Notes: generated by a model not told the origin, from the sequence alone. DNA of 33,285 nucleotides from an uncultured Eubacteriales bacterium (GCA_900550065.1 URQR01000002.1:1-33285), one strand, 5' to 3'. Positions 18,531 through 27,708 are shown, counted from the stretch's first letter. Program-made: numbers and translations.

Positions 18531-18566
18531 GTGAGGCTTGAACATTTTGCCTCGCTTTTCGTTTTT
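18531..18566 (+). terminator. Rho-independent terminator-like hairpin between ftsL and the PBP gene
   Basis: GTGAGGC (18531..18537) pairs with GCCTCGC (18549..18555), with an 11-nt loop, followed by TTTTCGTTTTT. An A-tract lies upstream. Confidence 0.5.
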
Positions 18567-18620
18567 ATCGGTTCATATAGGCACAGGGCGGCAAGGGCCG
18601 CAGGCGATGGAGGGATGTAA

Positions 18621-20822
18621 GTGGAAGCTCCGAAACGGAAGGTCAAAAAACGTATTTTGTACTTTATGCTGGCTTTTTGCGTCGCTTTTGTGGCGCTGGC
18701 AGGGCGGGTTGCATGGCTGCAAACGGTTGACGGTGCATTTTTAAAAAAGGCGGCAACGCAGCAGCAGACGCGCGACAATATTATTACAAGTAAGCGCGGT
18801 ACGATTTACGATAGGAATAACAAAGAGCTCGCGGTGAGCGCGTCGGTCGAGATGGTGACGGTGTCCCCGAACGAGATAAAAAAAGCGGGCGGCAGCGAGC
18901 TGGTGGCGAAAAAACTCGCCGAAATTTTGTCGCTGAGCTATGACGATGTGTATAAAAAGGTGACGAAGAACTCGGCCTATGAGATTATAAAACGTAAGGT
19001 GGAGGCCGAGCAGACGGACCAAATCCGCGCGCTGAAGGCGGATAAGGAAACGAAGGAGGCCTTTGCGGGCGTTGGGCTCGAGGAGGATACGAAGCGTTAC
19101 TACCCGAACGGCAGCTTCGCGTCGCATATTTTGGGCTTTACCGGAACGGACAATCAGGGCTTATACGGGATAGAGAAGGCATATGACGACGAGCTGTCCG
19201 GTGTGTCCGGGCGCGTAATTTCCGTCAAAAATGCAGTTGGCGTTGACATGCCTTATAAATATGAGCAAAAATTTGACTCACAGGATGGGCTCAATGTTGT
19301 ACTGACGATTGACGAAACGATTCAGCATTTTGCAGAAAAGCATTTGGAACAGGCGTGTGAGGAAAACAAGCCGGCACAGGGCGCATTTGCGCTCGTGGTC
19401 GCACCCAAAACCGGGGAAGTGCTCGCTATGGCGACAAACCCGAACTTCGATTTAAACCAGCCGTTTGAAATTACGAATCAGGAGACGCTCGACGCGATTG
19501 CAGCCCTGCCGCAGGAGCAGCAGAGCAAAGCTAAGAGCGAAGCGCTCATGAAGCTGTGGAAAAACAAGGCGGTTACCGACGCATATGAGCCGGGCTCCGT
19601 GTTCAAGATATTGACCTATGCGATGGCGCTGGAAGAAGGCGTTGCGCAGCTGAGCGACACGTTTACCTGTACGGGCGGCACGAAGGTTGGCCCACATACG
19701 ATTCATTGCTGGAAGACGGCGGGCCACGGGCATGAAACGCTCAAGGAAGGGCTGCAAAATTCATGCAACCCTGTGTTGATGGAGCTTGGGCGCAGGCTCG
19801 GGGTCGATAATTTTTGCAAGTACTTCCGTGCGTTCGGTATGGATATGAGAACCGGGTTTGACATTGTAGGCGAAAGCCAGGGCGTATTTTTTAAGCAGAG
19901 CGCTATGCATGAGGTCGAGCTTGCGACAAGCTCGTTCGGACAGGGGTTTCAGGTTACGCCTTTGCAGCTTGCGGCGGCAATTTCCGGTATTGTCAACGGC
20001 GGAAACCTTGTTCGCCCGCACATTGTAAAAGCACTGACGGATGAAAACGGCACGGTCGTAAAAAATTATGAGCCGGAGGTCGTACGCCGCATTGTTTCGG
20101 AGGAAACGTCGGCGACGATGCGCGACTTTATTGAAAACGTTGTTACAAACGGTACCGGTAAGGGCGCGAAGATTGAGGGCTATCGCATTGGCGGTAAAAC
20201 GGGTACATCCGAAAAGCAGCCGCGCGGAAACGGAAAATATATTGCATCGTTTGTCGGCATTGCGCCGATGGACGACCCGGAGCTGTTGTGTATCGTTGCA
20301 ATCGACGAGCCGACGGGCAGCATGTATCAGGGCAGCCAGATTGCCGCGCCGGTCGTTCGGAATATTTTAGAGGATACGCTCCGGTATATGGGCGTTGAAA
20401 AGCAGTTAGAGGGCGACGAGCTGACGGCAATGCAGTCGAACGTGCCGGAGGTACGCGGCCTTGCGCTCGCAGACGCGAAGCAGCAGCTTACGGACGAAGG
20501 CTTTGCCGTAAAGGTGGTCGGTGAAGGCGAAGAAGTGCAGCAGCAGCTTCCGAAGCCGGGTGCGAGCCTGTCAAAGGGGTCGACGGTAATTCTCTATACC
20601 GTCACGTCGGAGGTCGCAAAGGTGAAAGTGCCCGATGTAACGGGTATGAGTCTCTCGCAGGCGACGAAGGCAATTGAGTCGGCGGGCTTAAACATCGAGG
20701 TGTTGGGCGGCGCGGACGATTCGGGTAAATCGCCCGCAAGTAAGCAGGATCCGCCGGCCGGGACGGAGGTTAACCCGGCGACGACGGTACGGGTAGAGTT
20801 TGTATTCATGGACGGCGACTAA
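18621..20822 (+). CDS. Class B penicillin-binding protein (FtsI/SpoVD/PBP2x type) with two C-terminal PASTA domains
   Basis: An N-terminal TM anchor and PBP dimerisation domain, transpeptidase motifs SVFK, SCN and KTGT, and two PASTA repeats (VPEVRGLALADAKQQL..., VPDVTGMSLSQATKAI...). GTG start after a GGAGGG SD. Confidence 0.9.
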   Translation: MEAPKRKVKKRILYFMLAFCVAFVALAGRVAWLQTVDGAFLKKAATQQQTRDNIITSKRGTIYDRNNKELAVSASVEMVTVSPNEIKKAGGSELVAKKLAEILSLSYDDVYKKVTKNSAYEIIKRKVEAEQTDQIRALKADKETKEAFAGVGLEEDTKRYYPNGSFASHILGFTGTDNQGLYGIEKAYDDELSGVSGRVISVKNAVGVDMPYKYEQKFDSQDGLNVVLTIDETIQHFAEKHLEQACEENKPAQGAFALVVAPKTGEVLAMATNPNFDLNQPFEITNQETLDAIAALPQEQQSKAKSEALMKLWKNKAVTDAYEPGSVFKILTYAMALEEGVAQLSDTFTCTGGTKVGPHTIHCWKTAGHGHETLKEGLQNSCNPVLMELGRRLGVDNFCKYFRAFGMDMRTGFDIVGESQGVFFKQSAMHEVELATSSFGQGFQVTPLQLAAAISGIVNGGNLVRPHIVKALTDENGTVVKNYEPEVVRRIVSEETSATMRDFIENVVTNGTGKGAKIEGYRIGGKTGTSEKQPRGNGKYIASFVGIAPMDDPELLCIVAIDEPTGSMYQGSQIAAPVVRNILEDTLRYMGVEKQLEGDELTAMQSNVPEVRGLALADAKQQLTDEGFAVKVVGEGEEVQQQLPKPGASLSKGSTVILYTVTSEVAKVKVPDVTGMSLSQATKAIESAGLNIEVLGGADDSGKSPASKQDPPAGTEVNPATTVRVEFVFMDGD

Positions 20823-20878
20823 ACCGAAGGTTTGTAAGAGTATATAAAAAGCCGCTTTGGCGGATGGGAGTGGAATGC

Positions 20879-22342
20879 ATGAAACTGCGGAAACTGATGG
20901 AGGGGCTGCGCGTGATCGGCAGTAATCAGGCGCTTGATACAGAAGTGAGCGGGATTGCCTATGATTCGCGCGCGGTAAAGCCGGGCGACGTGTTTGTCTG
21001 CATCAAGGGCTATCAGACCGACGGGCATAAATACGCGGCGGATGCGGCGGCGAAGGGTGCGGCGGCGATTGTCGCCTGTGACACGCTCAATATGTCGGGT
21101 GTAGCTGTGCTCTATACGCCGGATACACGGCTTGCGCTTGCACAGATGTCAAAGACGTTTTTCGGCGATCCGCTTAAAAATATTAAATTGATTGGTATCA
21201 CGGGAACGAACGGGAAAACGACTGTGACCTATCTAATCAAGGCGATTTTAGAGGCTGCTGGTAAGACGGTCGGCCTGATTGGAACGAACCAGAACATGAT
21301 TGGCGAAACGGTGCTCCCCACGGAGCGCACAACGCCGGAGTCGTTCGAGCTGTACCAAATATTCCGCCAAATGGCGGATGCGGGCGCGGAGTATGTCGTG
21401 ATGGAGGTGTCGAGCCATGCGCTCGAACTGCACCGCGTCGGCGGATGTGAATTTGCGGTTGCCGCGTTTACGAATTTAACGCAGGACCATCTCGATTTTC
21501 ACGGTACAATGGAGAATTATTTCGCGGCGAAACGTAAGCTGTTCGACCTATGTGAAAACGCGGTTGTCAACATCGATGACGCATACGGTGTGCGCATTGC
21601 GAAGGAGTGCCGGTGCAATCTGCTGACCTATGCGGCCGGAAAGACGGCCTCCCTACAGGCGTCCAACATTGCGGTGACGGCGAAGGGGGTGTCGTACGGA
21701 CTCGAATATGAAGGGCAGATGTACGACGCGCGTGTTGGTATTCCCGGTAAATTTTCAGTTTATAATTCTCTTGCGGCGCTCGGCTGTGCGCTCGCGCTTG
21801 GGTTTGATATTGAGCTTTGCCTTGACGCGCTTGGAAAGGCGCACGGCGTAAAGGGGCGCGCGGAGGTCGTGCCGACGGACACGGATTACACGGTCTTAAT
21901 TGATTATGCGCACACGCCGGATGGGCTTGAAAATATTATTTCAACAGTCAACGCATTTAAGACAGCGCGTGTGATTACGGTGTTTGGCTGCGGCGGTGAC
22001 CGCGACCGGACAAAACGCCCGCTTATGGGCGCGGCGGCCGGACGGCTGTCGGACTTTTTGGTCGTTACGTCCGACAATCCGCGCACAGAAGACCCCGAAA
22101 AGATTATAGACGACATTATGCCCGGCGTGCTGGAGTCGGCCTGCCCCTATGTGCGGATTGAAAACCGCCGGGAGGCGATTGCTTACGCGCTGTCGCACGC
22201 ACAGGCGGACGACGTGATTATTCTTGCCGGCAAAGGGCATGAGACGTATCAGATTTTAAAGGACGGCACGATTCACTTTGACGAACGCGAAGTCGTGGCC
22301 GGACTTTTGGAGGCACAGGAGAAGGAACATGGAGAAGCTTAG
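20879..22342 (+). CDS. murE: UDP-N-acetylmuramoyl-L-alanyl-D-glutamate--2,6-diaminopimelate ligase
   Basis: Mur ligase P-loop GITGTNGKTT, DYAHTPD, and the DNPR motif (TSDNPRTEDP) associated with meso-DAP specificity. I preferred ATG 20879 (MKLRKLMEGL, GGGAG SD) over 20864. Confidence 0.9.
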   Translation: MKLRKLMEGLRVIGSNQALDTEVSGIAYDSRAVKPGDVFVCIKGYQTDGHKYAADAAAKGAAAIVACDTLNMSGVAVLYTPDTRLALAQMSKTFFGDPLKNIKLIGITGTNGKTTVTYLIKAILEAAGKTVGLIGTNQNMIGETVLPTERTTPESFELYQIFRQMADAGAEYVVMEVSSHALELHRVGGCEFAVAAFTNLTQDHLDFHGTMENYFAAKRKLFDLCENAVVNIDDAYGVRIAKECRCNLLTYAAGKTASLQASNIAVTAKGVSYGLEYEGQMYDARVGIPGKFSVYNSLAALGCALALGFDIELCLDALGKAHGVKGRAEVVPTDTDYTVLIDYAHTPDGLENIISTVNAFKTARVITVFGCGGDRDRTKRPLMGAAAGRLSDFLVVTSDNPRTEDPEKIIDDIMPGVLESACPYVRIENRREAIAYALSHAQADDVIILAGKGHETYQILKDGTIHFDEREVVAGLLEAQEKEHGEA

Positions 22343-23702
22343 CATCAAGGAGGTCGCGGCGGCGTGCGGCGGTACGCTGCTATGGGGCGACGAGAATACA
22401 ATTATTGAGGGCGTGACGACGGACAGCCGCAAAAGCGGCGAAAATCTGCTTTTTATTCCGCTTGCGGGGCCGACATTTGACGGACACGCGTTTATCCGCG
22501 CAGCGTTTGACACGGGCGCGGTTGCCGCGCTGACGCACAAGGATACGGAGCCGTTTTTCGACGGCACGCTGATTCGCGTTGCGGACACGAAGCAGGCGCT
22601 TGCCGACCTTGCGCGGTATTATTTGCGTAGGTTTGATATCCCTGTTGTGGCGGTCACCGGCTCTGTTGGCAAAACGACGACAAAGGATATGGTTGCGGCG
22701 GCGCTGGCGGAAAAGTACCGCGTATTAAAGACACAGGGCAATTATAACAACGACATTGGACTGCCGCTGACGGTGTTTGGGCTTGATCGCGAGCACGAGA
22801 TTGCTGTGCTGGAAATGGGGATGAACCATTTTGGTGAAATCCGCCATCTTGCGTCGATTGCGCACCCAGACAGCGCGCTGATTACTAATATTGGTATGGC
22901 GCATATCGAAAACCTTGGCTCACAGGAAGGAATACTGCAGGCAAAATTAGAAATTACGGAGTATTTCGGGGAAGAAAATACGCTGTTTTTCAACAGCGAC
23001 GACGCGTTTTTGTCCACGGTGAAAGCGGATCGCTACCAAACCGTCCGGTTTGGTATTCATGATACGGCGTGCGCCTATCGCGCAGAGCACATCGAGCACG
23101 GCGCGGGCTATGTCGCCTTCGACGTGGTGTATGAGGGCGGCGTGCAGGCCGTACGGGTGAATCTGCCCGGAATGCATAATATTTACAATGCACTTGCGGC
23201 ATTTGCGGTTGCAAAGCAGTACGGTGTTTCCGACGCGGAGATTGCCGCGGGGCTGGCGGCCTTTACGCCGTCAAAAATGCGGATGGATATCCGCGCAGTT
23301 GGGCCGGTTACGCTGATTAACGATTGCTATAATGCCTCGCCCGACTCGGTGCGTGCCGCGCTTGCGGTGCTAAAGGGCACGGAGGCAAAGCGCAGGGTGG
23401 CAATTTTAGGCGATATTTTAGAAATGGGTGCTTTTGGCCCGGCAGCGCACGAGGCGCTCGGCAAACAGGCGGCGCAGTGCGCCGATGTACTGCTTACGAC
23501 GGGCAAGGACGCAAAGTTTTTGCACAGCGGCGCAGCAGCGGCGGGGATGTCGGAGGAAAACGCACGTCATTTTGCAAGCAATAAAGAAATTGTGGCCGCG
23601 CTCGGTTCGGTTTTACAGCCGGGTGACGCAGTTTTGGTGAAAGCGTCGCGCGGGATGCAGTTTGAGCAGATTGTAGTGGGGCTTGAGAAATTGTTTTTGT
23701 AA
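22329..23702 (+). CDS. murF: UDP-N-acetylmuramoyl-tripeptide--D-alanyl-D-alanine ligase
   Basis: GVTTDSR, VTGSVGKTTTKDM and NDCYNASPDS motifs. I set the start at ATG 22329 (MEKLSIKEVA, AGGAGAAGGA SD), overlapping the murE stop. The track ORF starts upstream, inside murE. Confidence 0.9.
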   Translation: MEKLSIKEVAAACGGTLLWGDENTIIEGVTTDSRKSGENLLFIPLAGPTFDGHAFIRAAFDTGAVAALTHKDTEPFFDGTLIRVADTKQALADLARYYLRRFDIPVVAVTGSVGKTTTKDMVAAALAEKYRVLKTQGNYNNDIGLPLTVFGLDREHEIAVLEMGMNHFGEIRHLASIAHPDSALITNIGMAHIENLGSQEGILQAKLEITEYFGEENTLFFNSDDAFLSTVKADRYQTVRFGIHDTACAYRAEHIEHGAGYVAFDVVYEGGVQAVRVNLPGMHNIYNALAAFAVAKQYGVSDAEIAAGLAAFTPSKMRMDIRAVGPVTLINDCYNASPDSVRAALAVLKGTEAKRRVAILGDILEMGAFGPAAHEALGKQAAQCADVLLTTGKDAKFLHSGAAAAGMSEENARHFASNKEIVAALGSVLQPGDAVLVKASRGMQFEQIVVGLEKLFL

Positions 23703-23731
23703 AAACAAGTAAAACGCGGAGGGGTTAGACA

Positions 23732-24721
23732 ATGGGGGAGCAGTTACAGCAATTGGCGGTGCCGTACTTGATTACGTTCGGAATTGCGCTGTTGGTGAGC
23801 GTGTTGGTTGGGCCGGTTCTGATACCGTTTTTGCATAAGCTCAAATTCGGGCAGGAAATCCGTGAGGAGGGGCCGAGCTGGCACAAAAAGAAGTCCGGCA
23901 CGCCGACGATGGGCGGGTTTATCTTTATCGCGGGCGTGCTCGCGGCGACGCTTTTCATGGCGCGTGATACATCGACGCTGATTGTGCTGATTTGTGCGGT
24001 CGGCTTTGGACTGATTGGTTTTATTGACGACTTTATCAAGGTAATTTTGAAGCGCAATCTTGGCTTAACGGCGCTGCAAAAGCTGGCGCTGCAAATCGCG
24101 CTGGCGGTCGCGTTTGTGATAACGCTAAACGCGCTTGGCCTGCTACATACGGATATTATCCTTCCGTTTGTAAAAGAGCCGGTTAATCTCGGCTGGTTTT
24201 ATGTTGCGTTTGCCGTGTTTATCATGGTCGGATTTGTTAATGCGGTCAATTTGACCGATGGTCTCGACGGGCTGGCGACAAGCGTGACGGCGGTTGTGTC
24301 ACTGTTTTTTGCGGCTGTGTCGCTGCTGGCGGGCAACAACAGCCTTGCTGTGTTTTTAGTTGCACTGACGGGCGGCTGTCTTGGCTTTTTACTCTTTAAC
24401 CACTACCCGGCAAAGGTCTTTATGGGCGACACGGGCTCGCTGTTTTTGGGCGGCGCAGTATCCGCCGCAGCAATTGTGCTGAAGATGCCGCTTATTTTAG
24501 TAATTGTGGGGATTATTTACGTTGTTGAGGCGCTTTCTGTAATGTTGCAGGTCGCGTCCTTTAAGCTGACGGGGAAGCGAATTTTTAAGATGAGCCCAAT
24601 CCACCACCACTTCGAGATGTGCGGGTGGCGCGAGGTCAAAATCGTTTCGGTGTTTTGCGCTGTTACGGTTGTTTTTTGTGTAATCGGCTACTTTGCTGCT
24701 GCACCTTATCTGGCAGTTTAA
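23732..24721 (+). CDS. mraY: Phospho-N-acetylmuramoyl-pentapeptide transferase
   Basis: A polytopic membrane protein with KxGTPTMGG, NAVNLTDGLDGLA, MGDTGSLxLGG and PIHHHFE motifs. Confidence 0.93.
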   Translation: MGEQLQQLAVPYLITFGIALLVSVLVGPVLIPFLHKLKFGQEIREEGPSWHKKKSGTPTMGGFIFIAGVLAATLFMARDTSTLIVLICAVGFGLIGFIDDFIKVILKRNLGLTALQKLALQIALAVAFVITLNALGLLHTDIILPFVKEPVNLGWFYVAFAVFIMVGFVNAVNLTDGLDGLATSVTAVVSLFFAAVSLLAGNNSLAVFLVALTGGCLGFLLFNHYPAKVFMGDTGSLFLGGAVSAAAIVLKMPLILVIVGIIYVVEALSVMLQVASFKLTGKRIFKMSPIHHHFEMCGWREVKIVSVFCAVTVVFCVIGYFAAAPYLAV

Positions 24722-24792
24722 GATAGGGCGGACGCAGCTTTACATAGGGCTACTATAGAATAAGTGGCAAAACCACCGCAGGAGGGAAACGT

Positions 24793-26115
24793 ATGGCACA
24801 GGTTCGGAAAACTGTCCGCAAACAGGCGCGCACACGCACACAACCAATAAAAAAGCGCACGCAGGCGCCGCGGACGGCAAAACAGAAACCTCCGATAAAA
24901 AAGCAGATACAAAAAAGCAGTCCGGCAAAGGTGAAGCGGGAGCGCATGGCAAGACCAAAGGGCGGTCTGCGCTGGACGCGGGCAGGCGCGCGCGGGCTTG
25001 ACCGAATGCTGCTGCTTGATATCATAATTTTAGTTGTGTTTGGAGTGATTATGGTTTTTTCGGCGAGCGCCCCGGCGGCGAGCGCGTATCAGGATAACCC
25101 GTATTACTATATTATCCGGCAGGCAATTTTTGCCGCGCTGGGGTTTGCGGCGATGTGGGTGCTTTCGTACTTTGACTATCATAACTTCGAAAAATTTGCG
25201 TTTTTAATCTTGGCGGGCAGTTTTTTACTGTTGTTCGCGGTGTACATTCCCGGAATCGGTCAGGTGCGTAATAATGCCCGGCGCTGGATTAATATCGGAA
25301 TCAGCACCTTACAGCCGTCCGAGGTCGTAAAGATTGCAATTATTATTTACTTTTCTTATAGCTTATCCTTGATTAAAGATAAAATCAAGGAGTTTCGCGG
25401 CGGACTATTACGCTACCTCGTTATTCTGGGGCTATTTTCAATCGTTTTGCTCAAAGAGCCGCACTTGAGCGCGACGCTCGTTATCTGCGCGGTCGGCTGT
25501 GTCCTGCTTTTGATTGCGGGGGCAAAGCTTTCGCACGTTATTGCGCTCGGCGCGTGTGCGCTGCCGCTCTTGGCCTTTATGATTTATAAACAGCCGTATC
25601 AGCTTGAGCGTGTTACGACGTTTTTAAACCCCTTTGCCGACAAGTCGGACGCGGGCTTTCAGGTCGTTAACTCGCTTTACGCGATTGGCTCGGGCGGAAT
25701 ATTCGGACTTGGTCTCGGCATGAGCCGGCAGAAATTTTTGTATCTGCCGGAGCCGCAGAACGACTTTATCTTTGCAATCATCTGTGAGGAGCTGGGCTGG
25801 TTTGGCGCGGCGCTCGTGTTGATTTTGTTTGGGATTTTAATCTGGAAGGGATACCGCATCGCGCAGGAGGCGCCCGACATGTTCGGCACGCTTTTGGCCG
25901 CAGGTATTACGAGCCTTGTCGCGCTTCAGGTAGCGATTAATGTCGCAGTGGTAACGTCGTCCGTGCCGGTTACCGGTATGGCGCTGCCATTTTTTAGCTA
26001 CGGCGGCACGTCGCTCTTTATTTTGCTCAGTTGTATGGGGATTTTGCTCAACATATCCCGCCAGACAATGACGACAATTCGGCCGCCGGAAAGCGGCATA
26101 AGCAAAAAATTGTAG
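24793..26115 (+). CDS. ftsW: SEDS-family peptidoglycan glycosyltransferase FtsW/SpoVE
   Basis: A multi-TM SEDS core (QPSEVVKIA, LPEPQNDFIFA, VPVTGMALPFFSYGGTS) in the dcw position. The ORF from ATG 24793 (AGGAGGG SD) adds a ~50-70-aa Lys/Arg-rich N-terminal extension. An alternative start is ATG 24946. Confidence 0.88.
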   Translation: MAQVRKTVRKQARTRTQPIKKRTQAPRTAKQKPPIKKQIQKSSPAKVKRERMARPKGGLRWTRAGARGLDRMLLLDIIILVVFGVIMVFSASAPAASAYQDNPYYYIIRQAIFAALGFAAMWVLSYFDYHNFEKFAFLILAGSFLLLFAVYIPGIGQVRNNARRWINIGISTLQPSEVVKIAIIIYFSYSLSLIKDKIKEFRGGLLRYLVILGLFSIVLLKEPHLSATLVICAVGCVLLLIAGAKLSHVIALGACALPLLAFMIYKQPYQLERVTTFLNPFADKSDAGFQVVNSLYAIGSGGIFGLGLGMSRQKFLYLPEPQNDFIFAIICEELGWFGAALVLILFGILIWKGYRIAQEAPDMFGTLLAAGITSLVALQVAINVAVVTSSVPVTGMALPFFSYGGTSLFILLSCMGILLNISRQTMTTIRPPESGISKKL

Positions 26116-26130
26116 GAACGGTGGTGCAGT

Positions 26131-27240
26131 ATGAGAATATTACTTGCCGGCGGCGGAACCGCCGGGCATATTAACCCTGCGTTATCCATAGCGGCATATG
26201 CCAAAAAGATGGATAGTGAGACACAGGTGCTATTTATCGGTAAGGCGGGAAATATGGAGGAAACGCTCGTCCCAAAGGCGGGCTATGACATCGAATTTAT
26301 CGACATTGCGGGCTTTACGCGCTCGCTGTCGCTGAAAAATATAGCGGTTATTTTGAAAACAATTAAGGCAACGGGTGACTGTAAGCGCCTTATCCGCGAA
26401 TTTAAGCCGGATGTGGTCGTTTGTACGGGCGGCTACGTAAGCGGACCGGTTATGAAGGCGGCGTACGCGTGCGGTGTACCGTCGATAATCCATGAACAGA
26501 ACGTATTTCCGGGTGTTACGGTGAAGCTGTCGCAGCGGTATGCGTCGTATCTCGCGACGAGCTTTGCAGATACAAAAAATCATCTAAAGCGCAAAGACAA
26601 ATGTGTTTTTACAGGCAATCCGGTGCGCGAGGAGGTACTGCTCGCCGACCCGGTGCTCGCCCGCACGGCGCTGCGGCTTGACGACAGGCCGTTTATCCTC
26701 GCCTTTGGCGGAAGCCTCGGCGCGGCGCGCTTAAACGACGCGGTGACGGACTATATTGAAGAGATTGTGAAAAACGATAGTGTACAGATTTTGTTCGGTA
26801 CGGGCAAACGGTACTATGACGCTGTAATGGAAGATATAAAGAAGCGTGGGATTGATTTAGAGAAACATAAAAACGTACGGGTGAGCGGCTATATTTATGA
26901 TATGGATATGGCAATGGCGGCAGCCGATGTTGTAATTGGGCGCGCCGGCGCAATCAGTATTAGCGAAATTACCGCGCTGGGGAAGGCCTCGGTGCTGATT
27001 CCTTCGCCGAATGTTGTGCATAACCATCAATATACGAATGCGAAACTACTCGAGGAGCAAGGCGCGGCGGCTGTCGTAACGGAGGATTCGCTCTCCGGCA
27101 GGGCGCTGCAAGAAAAAGTGGAAGCGATGCTTGACAGCAAGGATACGCTGGCGCGGTATGGGGAAAACGCGAAAAAACTCGGCGTGACCGACGCGTCACA
27201 AAAAATATACGAACTGGCCTGTTCCCTTGTCCGGAAGTAA
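26131..27240 (+). CDS. murG: UDP-N-acetylglucosamine--N-acetylmuramyl-(pentapeptide) pyrophosphoryl-undecaprenol GlcNAc transferase
   Basis: MRILLAGGGTAGHINPAL N-terminus, FGGSLGA, and a C-terminal GT28 domain (GRAGAISISEI, HQYTNA). Confidence 0.93.
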   Translation: MRILLAGGGTAGHINPALSIAAYAKKMDSETQVLFIGKAGNMEETLVPKAGYDIEFIDIAGFTRSLSLKNIAVILKTIKATGDCKRLIREFKPDVVVCTGGYVSGPVMKAAYACGVPSIIHEQNVFPGVTVKLSQRYASYLATSFADTKNHLKRKDKCVFTGNPVREEVLLADPVLARTALRLDDRPFILAFGGSLGAARLNDAVTDYIEEIVKNDSVQILFGTGKRYYDAVMEDIKKRGIDLEKHKNVRVSGYIYDMDMAMAAADVVIGRAGAISISEITALGKASVLIPSPNVVHNHQYTNAKLLEEQGAAAVVTEDSLSGRALQEKVEAMLDSKDTLARYGENAKKLGVTDASQKIYELACSLVRK

Positions 27241-27309
27241 CGCCTTTTGCGTGGTCTGCATAGTATATATAGCGATTCAATATATGCAGACTTACGGAGG
27301 TGTAAATAG

Positions 27310-27690
27310 ATGGATAAGTTGGTGATAGAGGGCGGAAAAACGCTGGAGGGCGAGGCGCGCGTACACGGTGCGAAAAACGCCGTATTGCCGATTTTGGCCG
27401 CTACGGTTTTAAACAGTGGAAAAAACGTGATCCACGGCTGTCCGGATTTAAAGGACGTCCGCTCGTCAATCAATATCCTGCGGCATTTGGGATGCGGCGT
27501 ACATAGAGAGGGCGACACACTGATTGTCGATTCCGCCGGGATTACGAACTGTGAAATACCGGAGGGGTTGATGCATGAGATGCGTTCATCCGTTATCTTT
27601 TTGGGGGCAATCCTTGCCCGGTTCGGCCGGGCGGTGACATCGCTGCCGGGAGGCTGTGAATGCTTGTTGTGCCGGTGCAGTGCTGCGTAG
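27310..27690 (+). pseudogene. murA: UDP-N-acetylglucosamine 1-carboxyvinyltransferase, 5' fragment only (truncated)
   Basis: MDKLVIEGGKTLEGEARVHGAKNAVLPILAA...SLPGGC matches the MurA N-terminus up to the active-site PGGC (Cys116, codon 27655..27657). The expected AIGxRPxD continuation is absent. Instead there are 10 unrelated codons and a TAG at 27688..27690. Full-length MurA is ~420 aa; this ORF is 126 aa. Confidence 0.8.
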
Positions 27691-27708
27691 CATACGCGCA
27701 CACAACAA
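27664..27708. repeat. Imperfect nested palindrome at the murA/island junction
   Basis: The outer arms TTGTTGTG (27664..27671) and CACAACAA (27701..27708) enclose the inner stem GCGTA-GCA-TACGC (27685..27697). Confidence 0.5.

Noticed and set aside
27027-27701. 224-aa minus-strand ORF spanning the murG 3' end and the murA fragment
   Set aside because: It is antisense to two recognisable genes and crosses their intergenic region. The translation is low-complexity, so it is most likely a GC-driven open frame.
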